From Candidatus Thorarchaeota archaeon (GTDB taxonomy: Archaea > Asgardarchaeota > Thorarchaeia > Thorarchaeales > Thorarchaeaceae), in the NCBI GenBank assembly GCA_048882045.1, contig JBHLRZ010000007.1, positions 49,935 to 113,934 on the forward strand: DNA of 64,000 bases. Reading direction: 5' to 3'. Of the stretch, positions 1 through 11,546 are shown piece by piece. The notes beneath the pieces were generated by a model. That model was given only the letters and a program-made list of their open reading frames with translations. It searched no databases and was not told the DNA's origin. The first letter of the stretch is position 1. Each line of letters starts with the position of its first letter. The translations under genes and the position numbers were made by a program.

Positions 1-12
1 AAATGATCTACT

Positions 13-993
13 ATGCAAGAGATGTTTATGGTAGCTGCGTTTATTGCTGCATATGCTATTGCTGTTGGTACAATTTCTTCGATGGTCGGAATTGGTGGGG
101 GAATCTTCAACACTCCTCTTCTGATGATTATCTTTCTCCTGAGTGCACAATTTGCTCCTGCGACATCGCTTGTGGCAGCATTGTTTCTCGCGGTTGCAAG
201 TAGTATCTCATATTGGCAACAGAATCCTAGACCTATAATACCAAGAGTAGGACTGTTTCTTGCTGTAACAACAGCCCCCGGGTCAATCCTTGGTGTATTG
301 CTCCGAACTATGATTACTGACGATTATGTTCTCCGCCTTATCTTTGGAATCTCGCTAATGCCTGTGGCAATCAAAATGCTGTTCGCTACACGGAGAGAGA
401 AGGGAGACATCGCATCAGAACTTGCTGGTTACGATATGTCAACTCTCACTCAAAAGCGGCTGGTTATCTCCCTCTTGGGTGGCTTTATTGGTGGTGTGTC
501 AGCAGGTCTTCTTGGGATTGGAGGCGGGGCAGTGGTCGTTCCGGTACTTTCAATCCTCATGGGCTTACCAATGCATGCTGCAGTGGCAACGAGTATGTTT
601 ACAATGATGGTCACTGCTTCTGCTGGAACTGCTATGAACTACATCAATGGGTTCATCAATCCGTACTATGCAATATCACTCGGGATAGGAATGGTTGTAG
701 GTGGTCAGATCGGTGCAAGGTTGGCATCAAGAGTGAACTCGGTCCAATTAAAGAGGGTTTTCGGTCTCATCCTTGTCTTTCCCCTCGTAAAGATGATGAA
801 ACTCGGACAGTTCTGGCTCGACCCAGCTGGTTCAAGCATACTAATCACTACGGTAGGGGACATCATTATCTGGTTGTGCATTGTAATTCCCATTGGACTT
901 CTAAGGTTATACCAAGTTAGAAAACAATCTCAACGGTCACAAGAACTCGAAATGACAGGTGATTCAATAATCACAGAGAGTATGGATACTTAA
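13..993 (+). CDS. Sulfite exporter TauE/SafE (TSUP) family membrane protein
   Basis: Two GIGGG motifs (MVGIGGGIF, LLGIGGGAVVVP), AVATS motif, multiple TM helices. Confidence 0.9.
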   Translation: MQEMFMVAAFIAAYAIAVGTISSMVGIGGGIFNTPLLMIIFLLSAQFAPATSLVAALFLAVASSISYWQQNPRPIIPRVGLFLAVTTAPGSILGVLLRTMITDDYVLRLIFGISLMPVAIKMLFATRREKGDIASELAGYDMSTLTQKRLVISLLGGFIGGVSAGLLGIGGGAVVVPVLSILMGLPMHAAVATSMFTMMVTASAGTAMNYINGFINPYYAISLGIGMVVGGQIGARLASRVNSVQLKRVFGLILVFPLVKMMKLGQFWLDPAGSSILITTVGDIIIWLCIVIPIGLLRLYQVRKQSQRSQELEMTGDSIITESMDT

Positions 994-1044
994 TAGGGAG
1001 ATTGCACTTGACTCTCAACCAAAGTGTTGCGTCAGGTGTACAAG

Positions 1045-1812
1045 ATGGTCAAATACAATTTGGATGGACAAGCAGTCATAATCACAGGAGCCTCTGCGGG
1101 TCTGGGCGAACAGTTTGCCCATGCATTTGCAGAGTCTGGTGCGAACGTAGTTCTCGGAGCTAGACGTGATGAGCTGCTAAAGAGAGTTGCAGATGATGTC
1201 ACAGACAAATATTCGGTCAAAGCAATACCGATAAAGACCGATGTGAGAAGAGAGAAGGACATCATCAACCTAGTTGATAGAACAGTTAAGGAATTTGGAA
1301 CAGTAGACGTGCTGGTCAACAACGCAGGTATGTACATAGTCAAACCTCTCATAGAACAAACATTGGACGATTGGAATAAGGTGATGGATGTCAATCTGAC
1401 CTCTGCATTTCTGGCGACTCGTGAGGTTGCTAAGGTCATGATACCAAAGAGATCGGGATCAATCATCAATATCTCGTCCACCTTTGGTTTTGGAGGCACC
1501 GAGTTCACTGAGGTGAGCTATTACACTTCAAAAGGCGGTATGGTGACCATGACCAAAGCACTTGCAGTCGAACTCGGGAAGTATAACATTCGTGTGAATG
1601 CGATTGCACCTGGATTCTTCCCAACTGCAATGTCAATTGGAGCTATGGAAGACAAGAAGATCAGTGAATCCATGATCAAGCCTCGGACAGCCCTTCCAAT
1701 GTTTGCAGAAAATGAGTGGATCCGAGGAGCAGCGTGCTTCTTGGCTAGCGAGGATGCCAAGTACATAACTGGTCATACATTAGCCGTAGATGGTGGATGG
1801 TTAGCATACTAG
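1045..1812 (+). CDS. Short-chain dehydrogenase/reductase (FabG/gluconate 5-DH-like)
   Basis: TGASAGLG, NNAG, YYTSK (YxxxK), VNAIAPG, ITGHTLAVDGG; ATG at 1045 preferred over GTG at 1024. Confidence 0.92.
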   Translation: MVKYNLDGQAVIITGASAGLGEQFAHAFAESGANVVLGARRDELLKRVADDVTDKYSVKAIPIKTDVRREKDIINLVDRTVKEFGTVDVLVNNAGMYIVKPLIEQTLDDWNKVMDVNLTSAFLATREVAKVMIPKRSGSIINISSTFGFGGTEFTEVSYYTSKGGMVTMTKALAVELGKYNIRVNAIAPGFFPTAMSIGAMEDKKISESMIKPRTALPMFAENEWIRGAACFLASEDAKYITGHTLAVDGGWLAY

Positions 1813-1863
1813 AAAAAGAAAGAGAAGAAAGGCAGGAGGTCCCACCTTTCCTGTATTCTAGAT

Positions 1864-2961
1864 TTAGTCATCCCAGTCCATAGCTTCAAAGTCTCGGTAT
1901 TTCTTCCACTGAGCTCCACCGCTGACTGCAGCAATGATTAGAAGAGAAACAAGGAATATTGCGAAGTTCTGGTATGGGGTGAAAGGTTCAGCAAAGAACC
2001 AGAACCAGATCGAGAGTGCAATAACCCAAGCAAATGCGAGTCCTATTGACCACCAATTCTCAGGTCCTTCACCACGCTTACGTGCCCAGGGTAGCCATGC
2101 TGCTACTACTAATGCACAGAAGATAGCGAATGAGAACAATGTAATCGCTATGTTTTGATTTCCTGTAATTCCTGGACTTCCAGCAAAAAACCACGACCAG
2201 ATGTCAATGAATATCAACCAAAGCACGAAAAATCCTAGAGTGCCTCGGACCCTGTTATAGAGACCTGGATCTGCATCAATTTCAACTCGAATTTGACCTC
2301 TCCAAGGCGCGATGACTACTGCAATCATCAGAAGGAATGATGTCATGATGATCGAGAAATTCTGATACGGATTTATTGGATACACTAGTTCGCTGAAGTT
2401 ATTGGCGAATGGGAGCCACAAGACAATGAAAATCAACCAGAATATGCCACCAAGGGCACTAATTCGACCTCCTCCTTCTTCACCATGTTTTGGAACCCAC
2501 AATCCAACATTGATAGCTCCAACAAACAAAAGCGATGCAAGAGCGATTCCAATATTCTCATAGAATCCAAATCCACTAGCGAGGAAAATTATCCACACTA
2601 TCAGAAATATCAACCATGCAACTCCACTCACTGCACTTGACCGTGCTCTCCATCCTCCTTCATAAGTTGGAATCCAGATAAGGGCATTCATAGCCATGAC
2701 AATGAGCAGTGACACCAAAGCAATTGCGATGTTCTCAAAAATCCCGAAGCCACTTGCAAAGAAGAACAACCAGATAATAACGAAACCAATCCAAGCGGCG
2801 AAACTCGCCATTGACCCGTACTGCTTTCCTTTTGATCTTCGTCGTCCCCTTCTGCCTCGAACATGAGTCGTAATCTCTTCTTCTATGTCATACTCCTCTT
2901 CTGCATCCTCATCCTCAGATGAATCATCAGTGGGAGTATCATCCTCATCAAATGGTTTCAT
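1864..2961 (-). CDS. Uncharacterised membrane protein built of five 2-TM repeats, with acidic then Arg-rich N-terminus
   Basis: Five repeats of W-x-x-F/L-x-x-x-W ... (E/Q)N(I/F)xI..xS(L/F) ... W. Confidence 0.8.
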   Translation of the reverse strand: MKPFDEDDTPTDDSSEDEDAEEEYDIEEEITTHVRGRRGRRRSKGKQYGSMASFAAWIGFVIIWLFFFASGFGIFENIAIALVSLLIVMAMNALIWIPTYEGGWRARSSAVSGVAWLIFLIVWIIFLASGFGFYENIGIALASLLFVGAINVGLWVPKHGEEGGGRISALGGIFWLIFIVLWLPFANNFSELVYPINPYQNFSIIMTSFLLMIAVVIAPWRGQIRVEIDADPGLYNRVRGTLGFFVLWLIFIDIWSWFFAGSPGITGNQNIAITLFSFAIFCALVVAAWLPWARKRGEGPENWWSIGLAFAWVIALSIWFWFFAEPFTPYQNFAIFLVSLLIIAAVSGGAQWKKYRDFEAMDWDD

Positions 2962-3164
2962 TGTATAGTCTCCAATCCAACGCTTACAACTCGTACGGAA
3001 AATGTATCCTCCTTAAGCGGTTTGCGCTGCATTTTCTAGTTAATAATTGATAATTCCTCTATATAAAGAAGAATCACAAATCAGGGTCACATTATGTTAC
3101 TATCTGTAACTGGATAACAATAGTTAAATATTTCCTTTGGTTTCTATTTGATATATTTTCGGAG

Positions 3165-3653
3165 ATGAGAAAGATGTCCGATGAAGAAAAGATGACTCTG
3201 AAGGAATTCCACAAGAAAATAGCAGTACAATCAAACAATGGAATTTGGCCAACTCTGGATAAAGACAATCCCACTAAGGAAGAACTAGAAGACGTCATGC
3301 ATATGGCGCATACAGCAAGATATCATTGGAGCAAGGTCGGTACAATCGTTAATGCAGTCAGAGGAGAATACATGCTTGCAAGAGTCTATGCTCATATGAA
3401 GAGGGCTGAACCTGCTTTATATCATGCTAATAGAGGACTCGAGTTAGCCAAAGAGGCTGAGAAGACTGATGAGAACTGGAAGGATTGGGATATGCCTTTC
3501 ATTTACGAAGCTCTTGCTCGAGCACATGCTGTAGCTGGCAATAAAAAAGAGTGTATGGAATACAAGGAAACAGCTCAGAAAGCGATTGACAAAATAGCAG
3601 GAAAAGAGGACAAAGAGATCTGCCAGGGTGAACTCGACAAGGTCAAGTGCTAA
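3165..3653 (+). CDS. Conserved helical (TPR-like) hypothetical protein
   Basis: AHTARYHW...EYMLARVY...YEALARAHAVAG helical-repeat pattern. Confidence 0.7.
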   Translation: MRKMSDEEKMTLKEFHKKIAVQSNNGIWPTLDKDNPTKEELEDVMHMAHTARYHWSKVGTIVNAVRGEYMLARVYAHMKRAEPALYHANRGLELAKEAEKTDENWKDWDMPFIYEALARAHAVAGNKKECMEYKETAQKAIDKIAGKEDKEICQGELDKVKC

Positions 3654-3706
3654 TCCAACTCGCTGAGACCAAAACAAGAATAAGAAGAGTTTCTCGCAGT
3701 TAACTC

Positions 3707-4603
3707 ATGCGTGAGATACCATACGTTCAAACCAGTGTATTTGTTGACGAAAGGAAATCCTTCGGCGGCAACCAACTGGCAACATATTGGAATATAGAGA
3801 AGAATGCATCTCTCACTCAAGAAGAGATGCAGGGCATGACTCTCGAAATGAACTTCTCAGAATCGACTTTCATCGAGAAACCTACCATCGATGGATGTAC
3901 TGCCAAGGTCAGAATCTTCACTCCTGCCCTAGAGATTTCCTTTGCCGGTCACCCAACTTTAGGAACCGCTTATGTAATGAAAAACAAGGGTCTGATCAAA
4001 GAGCACCAAGAAACAGCTCTACTCCAGCTGGGTATAGGTCCAACTCCTGTTGAAATTCTCGACGAAGATCTAATTCAGATGACGCAACAGAAACCTGAAT
4101 TCAAAAGATCTAATGACAGTGAAGACAAGATAGCTAGCGCAATTGGTTTGACAACCGACGACATCAATTCAAAGTATCCAATACAGATCGTGTCTACAGG
4201 GTTTCCATATCTGATTGTTCCCATAACGAATCTTGAGTCATTGAAGAAAGCACATCCACCAATAGCCCAAGAATTACGGAATCTCTCACATCATGAAATC
4301 CTCGCGTTTTCGACAGAAACTGAATTTTCTGACTCACATGTGCATGCGAGAATGTTCGCACCTGATGCTGGAGTCCCTGAAGATCCTGCTACTGGAAGTG
4401 CAGCAGGACCACTGGGCGCCTACGTTGAGAAACATCGGATACTTGAGAATCACCGGATTGGAGAGCCAATTCTGATCGAGCAAGGCTTTGAAATCAAGCG
4501 TCCAAGTCAGCTTGTTGCGAAAGTACCGGATAAGAACATGTCTGCAGTCCTTGTATCAGGAAAGGTCCGACTCATTGCAGAAGGTGCGTTTTATCTCCCC
4601 TAG
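3707..4603 (+). CDS. PhzF family isomerase/epimerase
   Basis: FGGNQLA, NFSESTF, RIFTPALEISFAGHPTLG, EDPATGSA, EQGFEIKRPS. Confidence 0.93.
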   Translation: MREIPYVQTSVFVDERKSFGGNQLATYWNIEKNASLTQEEMQGMTLEMNFSESTFIEKPTIDGCTAKVRIFTPALEISFAGHPTLGTAYVMKNKGLIKEHQETALLQLGIGPTPVEILDEDLIQMTQQKPEFKRSNDSEDKIASAIGLTTDDINSKYPIQIVSTGFPYLIVPITNLESLKKAHPPIAQELRNLSHHEILAFSTETEFSDSHVHARMFAPDAGVPEDPATGSAAGPLGAYVEKHRILENHRIGEPILIEQGFEIKRPSQLVAKVPDKNMSAVLVSGKVRLIAEGAFYLP

Positions 4604-4665
4604 TCTACTATCGACCAAGTAACTTCTTATGCCGAATTAAGGCTGAAACATCGGAGCTGCGGTGC

Positions 4666-5184
4666 TTGAGTACAATAAGACCCGTCTTCAAGACGGTCCT
4701 CATAGGAGAAGGCGGCGTTGGGAAAACCAGCTTAGCTGTGCGATACACCGAAGACCGTTTCGACCAGCAAATGAAGATGACCATTGGCGTGAATTTTGCT
4801 ACCAAAACTCTAACTGCCGGTGGGAGAAAGATCACACTTCTTCTATGGGATCTTGGGGGACAACCACGTTTCCAAGATGTCATCTCAGACTACTTCAAAG
4901 GGTCTAAACTAGCCATTGCTGTATATGAAGTGAATCGAGTCTTCACTTTGTATAGACTTGATGATTGGATAAATAGGCTACATACAAGTGTCCCGAACTG
5001 CAGAATCTTCTTTGTAGGAAACAAGATTGATGAGAGGATGGACACCATGGGAGTATCTCTTGATGAGGCCGATGAGTTTGCAGCCAAATATGATGCAAAG
5101 GTTTTCGAGGTCAGTGCAAAGACTGGCGAAGGCGTCTTTGAGATGTTCGATGCTGTGGGAGAACATCTTCTCCAATACTTTTGA
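4666..5184 (+). CDS. Rab-like small GTPase
   Basis: G1 GEGGVGKT, G2 TIGVNF, G3 WDLGGQ, G4 NKID, G5 SAK; no C-terminal Cys prenylation motif. Confidence 0.93.
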   Translation: MSTIRPVFKTVLIGEGGVGKTSLAVRYTEDRFDQQMKMTIGVNFATKTLTAGGRKITLLLWDLGGQPRFQDVISDYFKGSKLAIAVYEVNRVFTLYRLDDWINRLHTSVPNCRIFFVGNKIDERMDTMGVSLDEADEFAAKYDAKVFEVSAKTGEGVFEMFDAVGEHLLQYF

Positions 5185-5261
5185 ATTGTTGATATTGGGA
5201 AATTATTAAATGACAAGCGAAGTATCCTTGTCTGAACGAAAAGGAAGAGGGAATTCAAGAC

Positions 5262-5486
5262 TTGGTGAAGGTCAAGCTGACACCATTCACATGTCCAGCC
5301 TGCGGTGATGGTACTCAGATTTCTCTTGAGATCGAAAAGAAGAAGATAACTCAGGCCAGGAGACATCCAGCTTTATTCACGTTTAGGTGTAAGAAAGACC
5401 ATTCGCTTGTTGTATTTGTCGATCTTAACTTCAAGATTCGAGATGTGGAAGTAGCCACAGATGCAACTGTGAAAACGGTCAAGTAA
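5262..5486 (+). CDS. Small Zn-finger protein (CxxC...CxxxH), Asgard-type
   Basis: CPAC...CKKDH followed by VFVDLNFKIR; directly downstream of the GTPase. Confidence 0.7.
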   Translation: MVKVKLTPFTCPACGDGTQISLEIEKKKITQARRHPALFTFRCKKDHSLVVFVDLNFKIRDVEVATDATVKTVK

Positions 5487-5523
5487 GAACATATTTCTAT
5501 CATGACCTCATAGTTCCCGTGCT

Positions 5524-6237
5524 ATGCAGTTTGAGAGCATTGTGATACGAGTTTTCGATGTAGACTTCATGTTCCTTGACTTAGCATTCACAATATTCTG
5601 GATTGCACTCCTTTATAGACGAGGTTACATCAAGCCCTTGCTGTTTGGTGTCTTGGGCATCATCTTGAACTTCATCATAGACTATGGAATCTGGTACAGT
5701 GTCATGGGAATTCGAACACTTGAGGGACTTCCAATCTGGATGTCACCTCTCTCCTTCTTCGTGTACTTCTCAATAACATATGGTATGGTCCAGTACTCAT
5801 ATGTGCAAGTGATGTTCTCATTCCAAAGTACAGACGAGAATAGTGAGAGGTGGAGGAGATATAGATGGTCAGCCCTCCTCTTCGGCGGATGGTTGGTCAT
5901 TGGCTTCATCTCATTCTTCTGGTCTTTCATGGATTCAGAAGTGACCGTCATCAGATACATGAACGAACAGCGATTCATCGAGGTCGCGGTCGTCATTGCA
6001 ATGTACGCGCTCTTGGCATATCTTGCATCGAGGAAGAAGTTCGACCTCAATCTCAGACGAATTGCATACATATTCTCGGTTGGATTCTTCGTTCACTTCT
6101 CAATGGAATTCACATTGCTACTAAGTGGTATTCGAAAGTCGGGAGTATTCGACCTTGTCTTCAACAGTTTCTTAGAGTTCAATATGGGCACACCTCTCCT
6201 CTATCTGATGCTTGTTGGACTTGTCCCAATCATCTAA
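5524..6237 (+). CDS. Uncharacterised multi-pass membrane protein
   Basis: About 7 hydrophobic segments in a 237-aa ORF. Confidence 0.7.
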   Translation: MQFESIVIRVFDVDFMFLDLAFTIFWIALLYRRGYIKPLLFGVLGIILNFIIDYGIWYSVMGIRTLEGLPIWMSPLSFFVYFSITYGMVQYSYVQVMFSFQSTDENSERWRRYRWSALLFGGWLVIGFISFFWSFMDSEVTVIRYMNEQRFIEVAVVIAMYALLAYLASRKKFDLNLRRIAYIFSVGFFVHFSMEFTLLLSGIRKSGVFDLVFNSFLEFNMGTPLLYLMLVGLVPII

Positions 6238-6261
6238 AGAAAGTTCAAGAGAAATGGGTAA

Positions 6262-6693
6262 CTACAGGGATTTCCGAAAGAAAACCTCTCCTATTCCTCC
6301 CTCATTGATTCCAGATATAATCCCACATTCTTCAAACCCAATTGAGCGGTGCCAAGCCTGAGGTTCAGGTTCGTTTGCTTGGGAAGAGCTATACAACTGA
6401 TCATGTCCCCGGCTCTTCAAGTATTTCTCTAAGAAAGAGATTATCTTCTGACCGATTCCTTCATGTCTATAGAGTTCGATGACAAAGATGACTCCGATAT
6501 ACGGTATATTAGACCAGAGATACTCTAGTCTCAGATACCCAATTGGTTCACCATCGAGTTCTGCTATGATGATCTCATCCTGGACTATCTTGTTGCGGAT
6601 CACCTGTTCCGTCACATAGTCATCTTCTACTACACACCATTCAAGGTCTTCAGGTCCAGCAAACCTCACAACGACCCTATCATACACACTCAT
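6262..6693 (-). CDS. GNAT family N-acetyltransferase
   Basis: Motif A VIELYRHEGIG; N...AWHRSIGF motif B. Confidence 0.88.
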   Translation of the reverse strand: MSVYDRVVVRFAGPEDLEWCVVEDDYVTEQVIRNKIVQDEIIIAELDGEPIGYLRLEYLWSNIPYIGVIFVIELYRHEGIGQKIISFLEKYLKSRGHDQLYSSSQANEPEPQAWHRSIGFEECGIISGINEGGIGEVFFRKSL

Positions 6694-6853
6694 CCTAACT
6701 CACTGTTCCAAATCTAGGATGTCAATGCATCTGAAGTAGGTTTCGAATTCATTGTTCAGAAAATGATATATCGAGAATGGAAGTTAGAAATTGTAATTTC
6801 AGTGGTCTAGGAGTGTGAGATAAGAGACCATTCTAGGTGTAGGTGGCTGAATC

Positions 6854-8815
6854 TTGCGAAGAAAGATCCTAATTGTCATCATTTTCCTCCTGTCTACTCT
6901 AATCCCCTCTCCAATGTTTGACTCAAAATTAGGAAAGGTTGCAGAGGGAGTATCAGGAACCATAGAGTATCATACCATTGCATATACTCGACATGATCCC
7001 ATCTACATTGCATCAGACGCAGAATTCATTGCACAGGCTGCTTTAGAAGGGTGGCCTGGGGACGGTTCAGAGTCCAATCCCTACAGAATTGAAGGCTACA
7101 ACATTACTCACACGGGATTCATCATCCAAATTGAAAATGTCACTATGTTTTTTGAAATTAGGAACTGCTACCTGGCTTCAAATTCGTCAGGGGTGCACAT
7201 CGAAAGCTCCTCAGACTGTGAAGTATATTCCAACGATTTCGATAATGCAAGTATTGAGATATGTGACAGCGGTAATTGTGAAATCTATTCAAATGAATTC
7301 TATAATGGATCTGAGATACGAATTAACTGTTGTTTTCAAGTTTCGGTATCAGACGTTAGAGTCATTGCACCATCTGACCAGGGGATACTTGTTAGCAACT
7401 CAAGTCACTGCAATATCTCTAATTCCATATTATATTCATCACCAATAGCCGGGATTGTTGCAATGGATTCGCTCTCCTGCTCCTTTACTTCCAACACCAT
7501 ATCACATTGTCAGAATGGCATACTAATTTGCAACGATACCTCCTCATCTCTATTTACTAACAACTACATATTCAATCAATCAGAGTATGGAATAAAAGTT
7601 GAAAGTGGTTCTGATAACTGGATATATGCGAACATCGTAGCTAGTGAAGGAACAGGATTTTTCCTGGACGATGGTGTTCAGAATCACTGGGATGATGGAT
7701 TTTTCCTAGGAAACTTTTTGCCTGGAATAACTGAAGGAATCTTTCCCATAGACGGTTCTGCTGGGAGCGAGGATCAATTTGCAAGGCCAGTAGACCCAGA
7801 GCCAGTTGAAGAGCCAGTAATCTGTTCAGATCCGATACTGGTGAAACTCGGTGATTTTGATGGAATTCTAGCTTGTGTGGTTTGGCTGAGAGAAGAAACT
7901 CGTCTGTATAGGTTTGAGATTATCAGAAACAGATTCTACATAAATGGAGCGTTTGATCGAGATATTGAATGGTCAGGTCCATGTACTATTGTGATTGATG
8001 TAGAGGGTTTGGCTCCAGGTATTTACGAATTCAGCCTATTCCAAGATCTCTGGGTTCCCCCCTTCGATGAGGGGGAAATACATCTGTTTGATTTTACAAC
8101 CTACCTTCCCGGATTTTATTCTCCTATTGATAATGATGCTGATGACATGTTTGATGAATGGGAGATTGAGCATGGTCTGGATCCTTTGAGCAATGATAGT
8201 GAAGATGATCCCGATAGTGATGATCTCTCCAATCTTCATGAATTTATGTGGAACACTGATCCACAAAATCCCGATACGGACTCAGACCTCATGCCAGACG
8301 GATGGGAAGCTCACTACGACCTGCGACCATGGGTCGATGACTCGGGATTGGATAAAGACTCAGATGGTTTGTGCAACCTCGATGAGTATCTTCATGGAAC
8401 GGACCCAGAGGATAGCGACTCAGATTCCGATTCGATAACGGACGGATGGGAGGTGACCTTTGGTCAAAATCCATTGGATCCCTCTGATGCATTGATAGAT
8501 TCCGATGCTGATACTCTAACAAATCTCCAAGAGTTTCTACTTGGAACCAATCCAACTAGTCCAGATTCTGACTTCGATTCTTATCCTGATGCTTGGGAGG
8601 TGCGCTATGGATTCGATCCACTTACCCCTCCTGATACAATGTATGAAGAGATCGCATATTTTGCACCTTTCATTATCACTGGATATCTGACTCTTAGTGC
8701 CATATCTGTGGTGACAATAGTCATGAATCGAATGGGAAAGATGCTCCTAAAAGAGCAGAGCCAACTTGATGAAGAGGAAGAGATCAAGCGTCAACTTCAA
8801 GCTCTGATGTCTTGA
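6854..8815 (+). CDS. Surface protein: signal peptide, parallel beta-helix (NosD/CASH-like), TSP3-like Ca-binding repeats, C-terminal TM anchor
   Basis: [12 protein letters not shown], Asn/Ser/Cys-rich beta-helix repeats, multiple DxDxDx(L/M)xDxWE...GxDP repeats, TM near C-terminus. Confidence 0.85.
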   Translation: MRRKILIVIIFLLSTLIPSPMFDSKLGKVAEGVSGTIEYHTIAYTRHDPIYIASDAEFIAQAALEGWPGDGSESNPYRIEGYNITHTGFIIQIENVTMFFEIRNCYLASNSSGVHIESSSDCEVYSNDFDNASIEICDSGNCEIYSNEFYNGSEIRINCCFQVSVSDVRVIAPSDQGILVSNSSHCNISNSILYSSPIAGIVAMDSLSCSFTSNTISHCQNGILICNDTSSSLFTNNYIFNQSEYGIKVESGSDNWIYANIVASEGTGFFLDDGVQNHWDDGFFLGNFLPGITEGIFPIDGSAGSEDQFARPVDPEPVEEPVICSDPILVKLGDFDGILACVVWLREETRLYRFEIIRNRFYINGAFDRDIEWSGPCTIVIDVEGLAPGIYEFSLFQDLWVPPFDEGEIHLFDFTTYLPGFYSPIDNDADDMFDEWEIEHGLDPLSNDSEDDPDSDDLSNLHEFMWNTDPQNPDTDSDLMPDGWEAHYDLRPWVDDSGLDKDSDGLCNLDEYLHGTDPEDSDSDSDSITDGWEVTFGQNPLDPSDALIDSDADTLTNLQEFLLGTNPTSPDSDFDSYPDAWEVRYGFDPLTPPDTMYEEIAYFAPFIITGYLTLSAISVVTIVMNRMGKMLLKEQSQLDEEEEIKRQLQALMS

Positions 8816-11427
8816 TCTCTATATTCCTCAGGATTCTTGTCGAAGGTTTCTTTACAGTAAGGATTGCAGAAGTAGTACCTCTTTCCTTCATAGTCAGAGT
8901 AGAGATCAGCGGATGCAATGTCGACTTTCATGTTACAGATTGGGTCGATTGCTACATCTCCCTCAAGGTAGGCTGCAGGAGGAACTCCTTCTTCCTTTAA
9001 TTCCACAACCTTAGGCTTAAACCTATTCAGTGTAAGAGCGTTTGCTACAACACTGACACTTGATAGTGCCATTGCTAGTCCTGCAAATTGCGGCTGAAGA
9101 TAGAGACCGAGAGTAGGGAAGAGAAGTCCTGCGGCTACTGGAAGGAGAATGATGTTATAGATAAGTGCCCAGAAGAATCCCTGTTTGATCTTTGTCATTG
9201 TCTTCTGACCAAGTTGAATTCCTGTGACAACATCCATGAGGTCATCCTTTACTAGGACAATGTCCCCTGATTCCACAGAAACATCGGTGCCTGAGCCTAG
9301 CGCAATGCCAACATCAGCTTGAGCTAGAGCTATCGCATCATTGACACCATCGCCTGTCATTGCGACAATCTTTCCCTGAGCTTGAAGTTTCTTGATTTGT
9401 TCTGCCTTCTGATCAGGAAGGACCTCGGCCAATGCATGTTCAATACCAACAGATTCTCCAATCGCTTTGGCGGTTATCTCCCTGTCACCTGTAATCATCC
9501 AGACATCGATACCCATACCTTTGAGTGTACTCACAGCCTCTACCGAGCTTGGTTTCAGATCGTCAGCAATTGCCAAGACTGCAAGCTGCTTTCCATTGAC
9601 AGACGCATAGATTACTGTCTTCCCTAGTTGCTGGAATATTTCTGATTGGTCATCAATGTTGGAAAAGTCCACTCCGAGATCTTTCATGAACTGTTGACTG
9701 CCAACAGAAACAGTTTCTCCCTCAACAACTGCACTCACTCCTTTCCCAGTAGTGTATTGGAAATCTTCTGATTGTGGAAAAGCAATTCCCCTTTCATTGA
9801 CATAGTAAACAACTGCTTCTGCCAAAGGATGTTCGCTGTTCTTTTCCACCGATGCAATGAGTCGAAGAGATTCCTCTTCTTTATAGCTCCCCACAGTGAT
9901 GACATCGGTCACAGTCGGTCTTCCTATGGTGAGAGTTCCAGTCTTATCGAAAACAATTGTATCGATTTCTGGGATTATTTCAAGACCATCTCCTGTCTTG
10001 ATTAGGATTCCATGCTGAGCTCCCTTTCCTATACCAACCATAATTGCAGTAGGAGTGGCGAGTCCCAGTGCACACGGACAAGCTGCGACCAGAACTGCAA
10101 TTGTAAAGTTGAGTGCAAGGTCCCATTGAACGTTCATGACGAAGACCCAGAACAGGTATGTGGCAATCGAGATGACCAGAACAATGGGCGTAAACACCTC
10201 TGCGATTGAGTCTGCCTTTCGCTGGATGGCTGGCTTGTTCGTCTGAGCCTCTTCCACCATTCTGACAATCTGTGAGAGGACAGTGTCCTGACCTACCTTG
10301 GTAGCCTTGACTCTAAGAACTCCATTCTTATTGACTGTGCCACCTACAACAGAATCGCCCACTGTCTTATCAACAGCAACCGACTCTCCAGTGATCATCG
10401 ACTCATCAACCGAGGACTTCCCTTCTAGAACACTTCCATCAACAGGTACTCGATCACCCGGACGAACTAGGACAAGATCATCAACTTCGACATCTTCAAT
10501 GGGTAGAATCAGTTCTTCTCCATTGCGAATCACAGTTGCAACTTTAGCCTGAAGATCCATCAATCCTCTAATGGCCTTTGATGTGCGTCCTTTTGCAACC
10601 GATTCTAATGTGCGACCCAGTAGTATGAATGAGATCAGCAAGACAGCAGCATCATAGAAGGGGGCATAGCCAGAAAGGACGAATGTTGTTGCAACCGAGT
10701 AACCATAGGCTGCAGTTGTACCCAGCATTACAAGAGTGTCCATATTTGTCTTGAAATGTCGTAATCCTCTGAGTGCTGCTTTGTAGAACGGGTATCCTCC
10801 AATGAACTGAACAGGAGTTGAGAGGAAGAACATCAGTAGCATTTTCGTACTTTCTAGAGGAATCAGCGCATTAAGTACTCCAAAGTGGATTAGAACTACA
10901 GGAATCGTTAGTATCACTGAGAATGTTAAGAGTGTAGCATAATATCGGATTTCTTTTTCTCTTGCGAGGGATTCTCTATCTCTCTCCACACCCTCACTAG
11001 ACTCTAATTTGAAACCCAGACTCAGAATTGTCTTCCGAACAATCTTGAAGGTGACCAAATCCTCGTCGTATTCGATTAGTAGACGTTTTGAATCAGGATA
11101 GCTCCTCGCTGTTATTACTCCTTTTATCTGACTAACTGCAGTGGTAATCTCATCCCATTGAGACTCACTAGGACTTTCAGAAAGCGTTAAAGTCATCGAT
11201 GCTCTTCGAGCGCGATAACCAACGGAATCCACAGCCATTTCCAACACAGACCGATCTACTGAATCTGCGTAATATTCGACAACAGCTTTCTCATCGAGAA
11301 GACTTACACTAGCTTTAATCACACCATCTTGAGAAAGCAGTGACTTCTCAATTGTGGCAACACAGGAAGCACAATGCATTCCTTCAATTTTCATCGAAAG
11401 TCTTTCGGGAGTTTCATTTTTGGTCAT
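8797..11427 (-). CDS. copA: Cu(I)/Ag(I)-translocating P1B-type ATPase with N-terminal HMA and C-terminal YHS/TRASH domain
   Basis: GMHCASC, TGES, CPC, DKTGT, SEHP, GDGVND, YN and MALSS motifs; C-terminal DPICNM...YYFCNPYC. Confidence 0.96.
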   Translation of the reverse strand: MTKNETPERLSMKIEGMHCASCVATIEKSLLSQDGVIKASVSLLDEKAVVEYYADSVDRSVLEMAVDSVGYRARRASMTLTLSESPSESQWDEITTAVSQIKGVITARSYPDSKRLLIEYDEDLVTFKIVRKTILSLGFKLESSEGVERDRESLAREKEIRYYATLLTFSVILTIPVVLIHFGVLNALIPLESTKMLLMFFLSTPVQFIGGYPFYKAALRGLRHFKTNMDTLVMLGTTAAYGYSVATTFVLSGYAPFYDAAVLLISFILLGRTLESVAKGRTSKAIRGLMDLQAKVATVIRNGEELILPIEDVEVDDLVLVRPGDRVPVDGSVLEGKSSVDESMITGESVAVDKTVGDSVVGGTVNKNGVLRVKATKVGQDTVLSQIVRMVEEAQTNKPAIQRKADSIAEVFTPIVLVISIATYLFWVFVMNVQWDLALNFTIAVLVAACPCALGLATPTAIMVGIGKGAQHGILIKTGDGLEIIPEIDTIVFDKTGTLTIGRPTVTDVITVGSYKEEESLRLIASVEKNSEHPLAEAVVYYVNERGIAFPQSEDFQYTTGKGVSAVVEGETVSVGSQQFMKDLGVDFSNIDDQSEIFQQLGKTVIYASVNGKQLAVLAIADDLKPSSVEAVSTLKGMGIDVWMITGDREITAKAIGESVGIEHALAEVLPDQKAEQIKKLQAQGKIVAMTGDGVNDAIALAQADVGIALGSGTDVSVESGDIVLVKDDLMDVVTGIQLGQKTMTKIKQGFFWALIYNIILLPVAAGLLFPTLGLYLQPQFAGLAMALSSVSVVANALTLNRFKPKVVELKEEGVPPAAYLEGDVAIDPICNMKVDIASADLYSDYEGKRYYFCNPYCKETFDKNPEEYRDQDIRA

Positions 11428-11453
11428 CTATTTTACAATCCTTTATGCAATAT

Positions 11454-11503
11454 ATTATATCGTTGTAGATATATAGACGTAGATATATCGGTGTCGATAT
11501 ATA
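11454..11503. promoter_or_regulatory. Operator array of GATATATC-like palindromes in 14-bp phase upstream of copA
   Basis: attatatc 11454, gatatata 11468, GATATATC 11482, gatatata 11496. Confidence 0.75.
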
Positions 11504-11546
11504 AGTTTTTTGATTGGGCGGGTTTGGAAGGAAACCATATTGTCAA

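Noticed and set aside
6765-6772. Single GATATATC upstream of the beta-helix/TSP3 gene
   Set aside because: No in-phase neighbours at +/-14 bp; a lone AT-rich 8-mer is expected by chance
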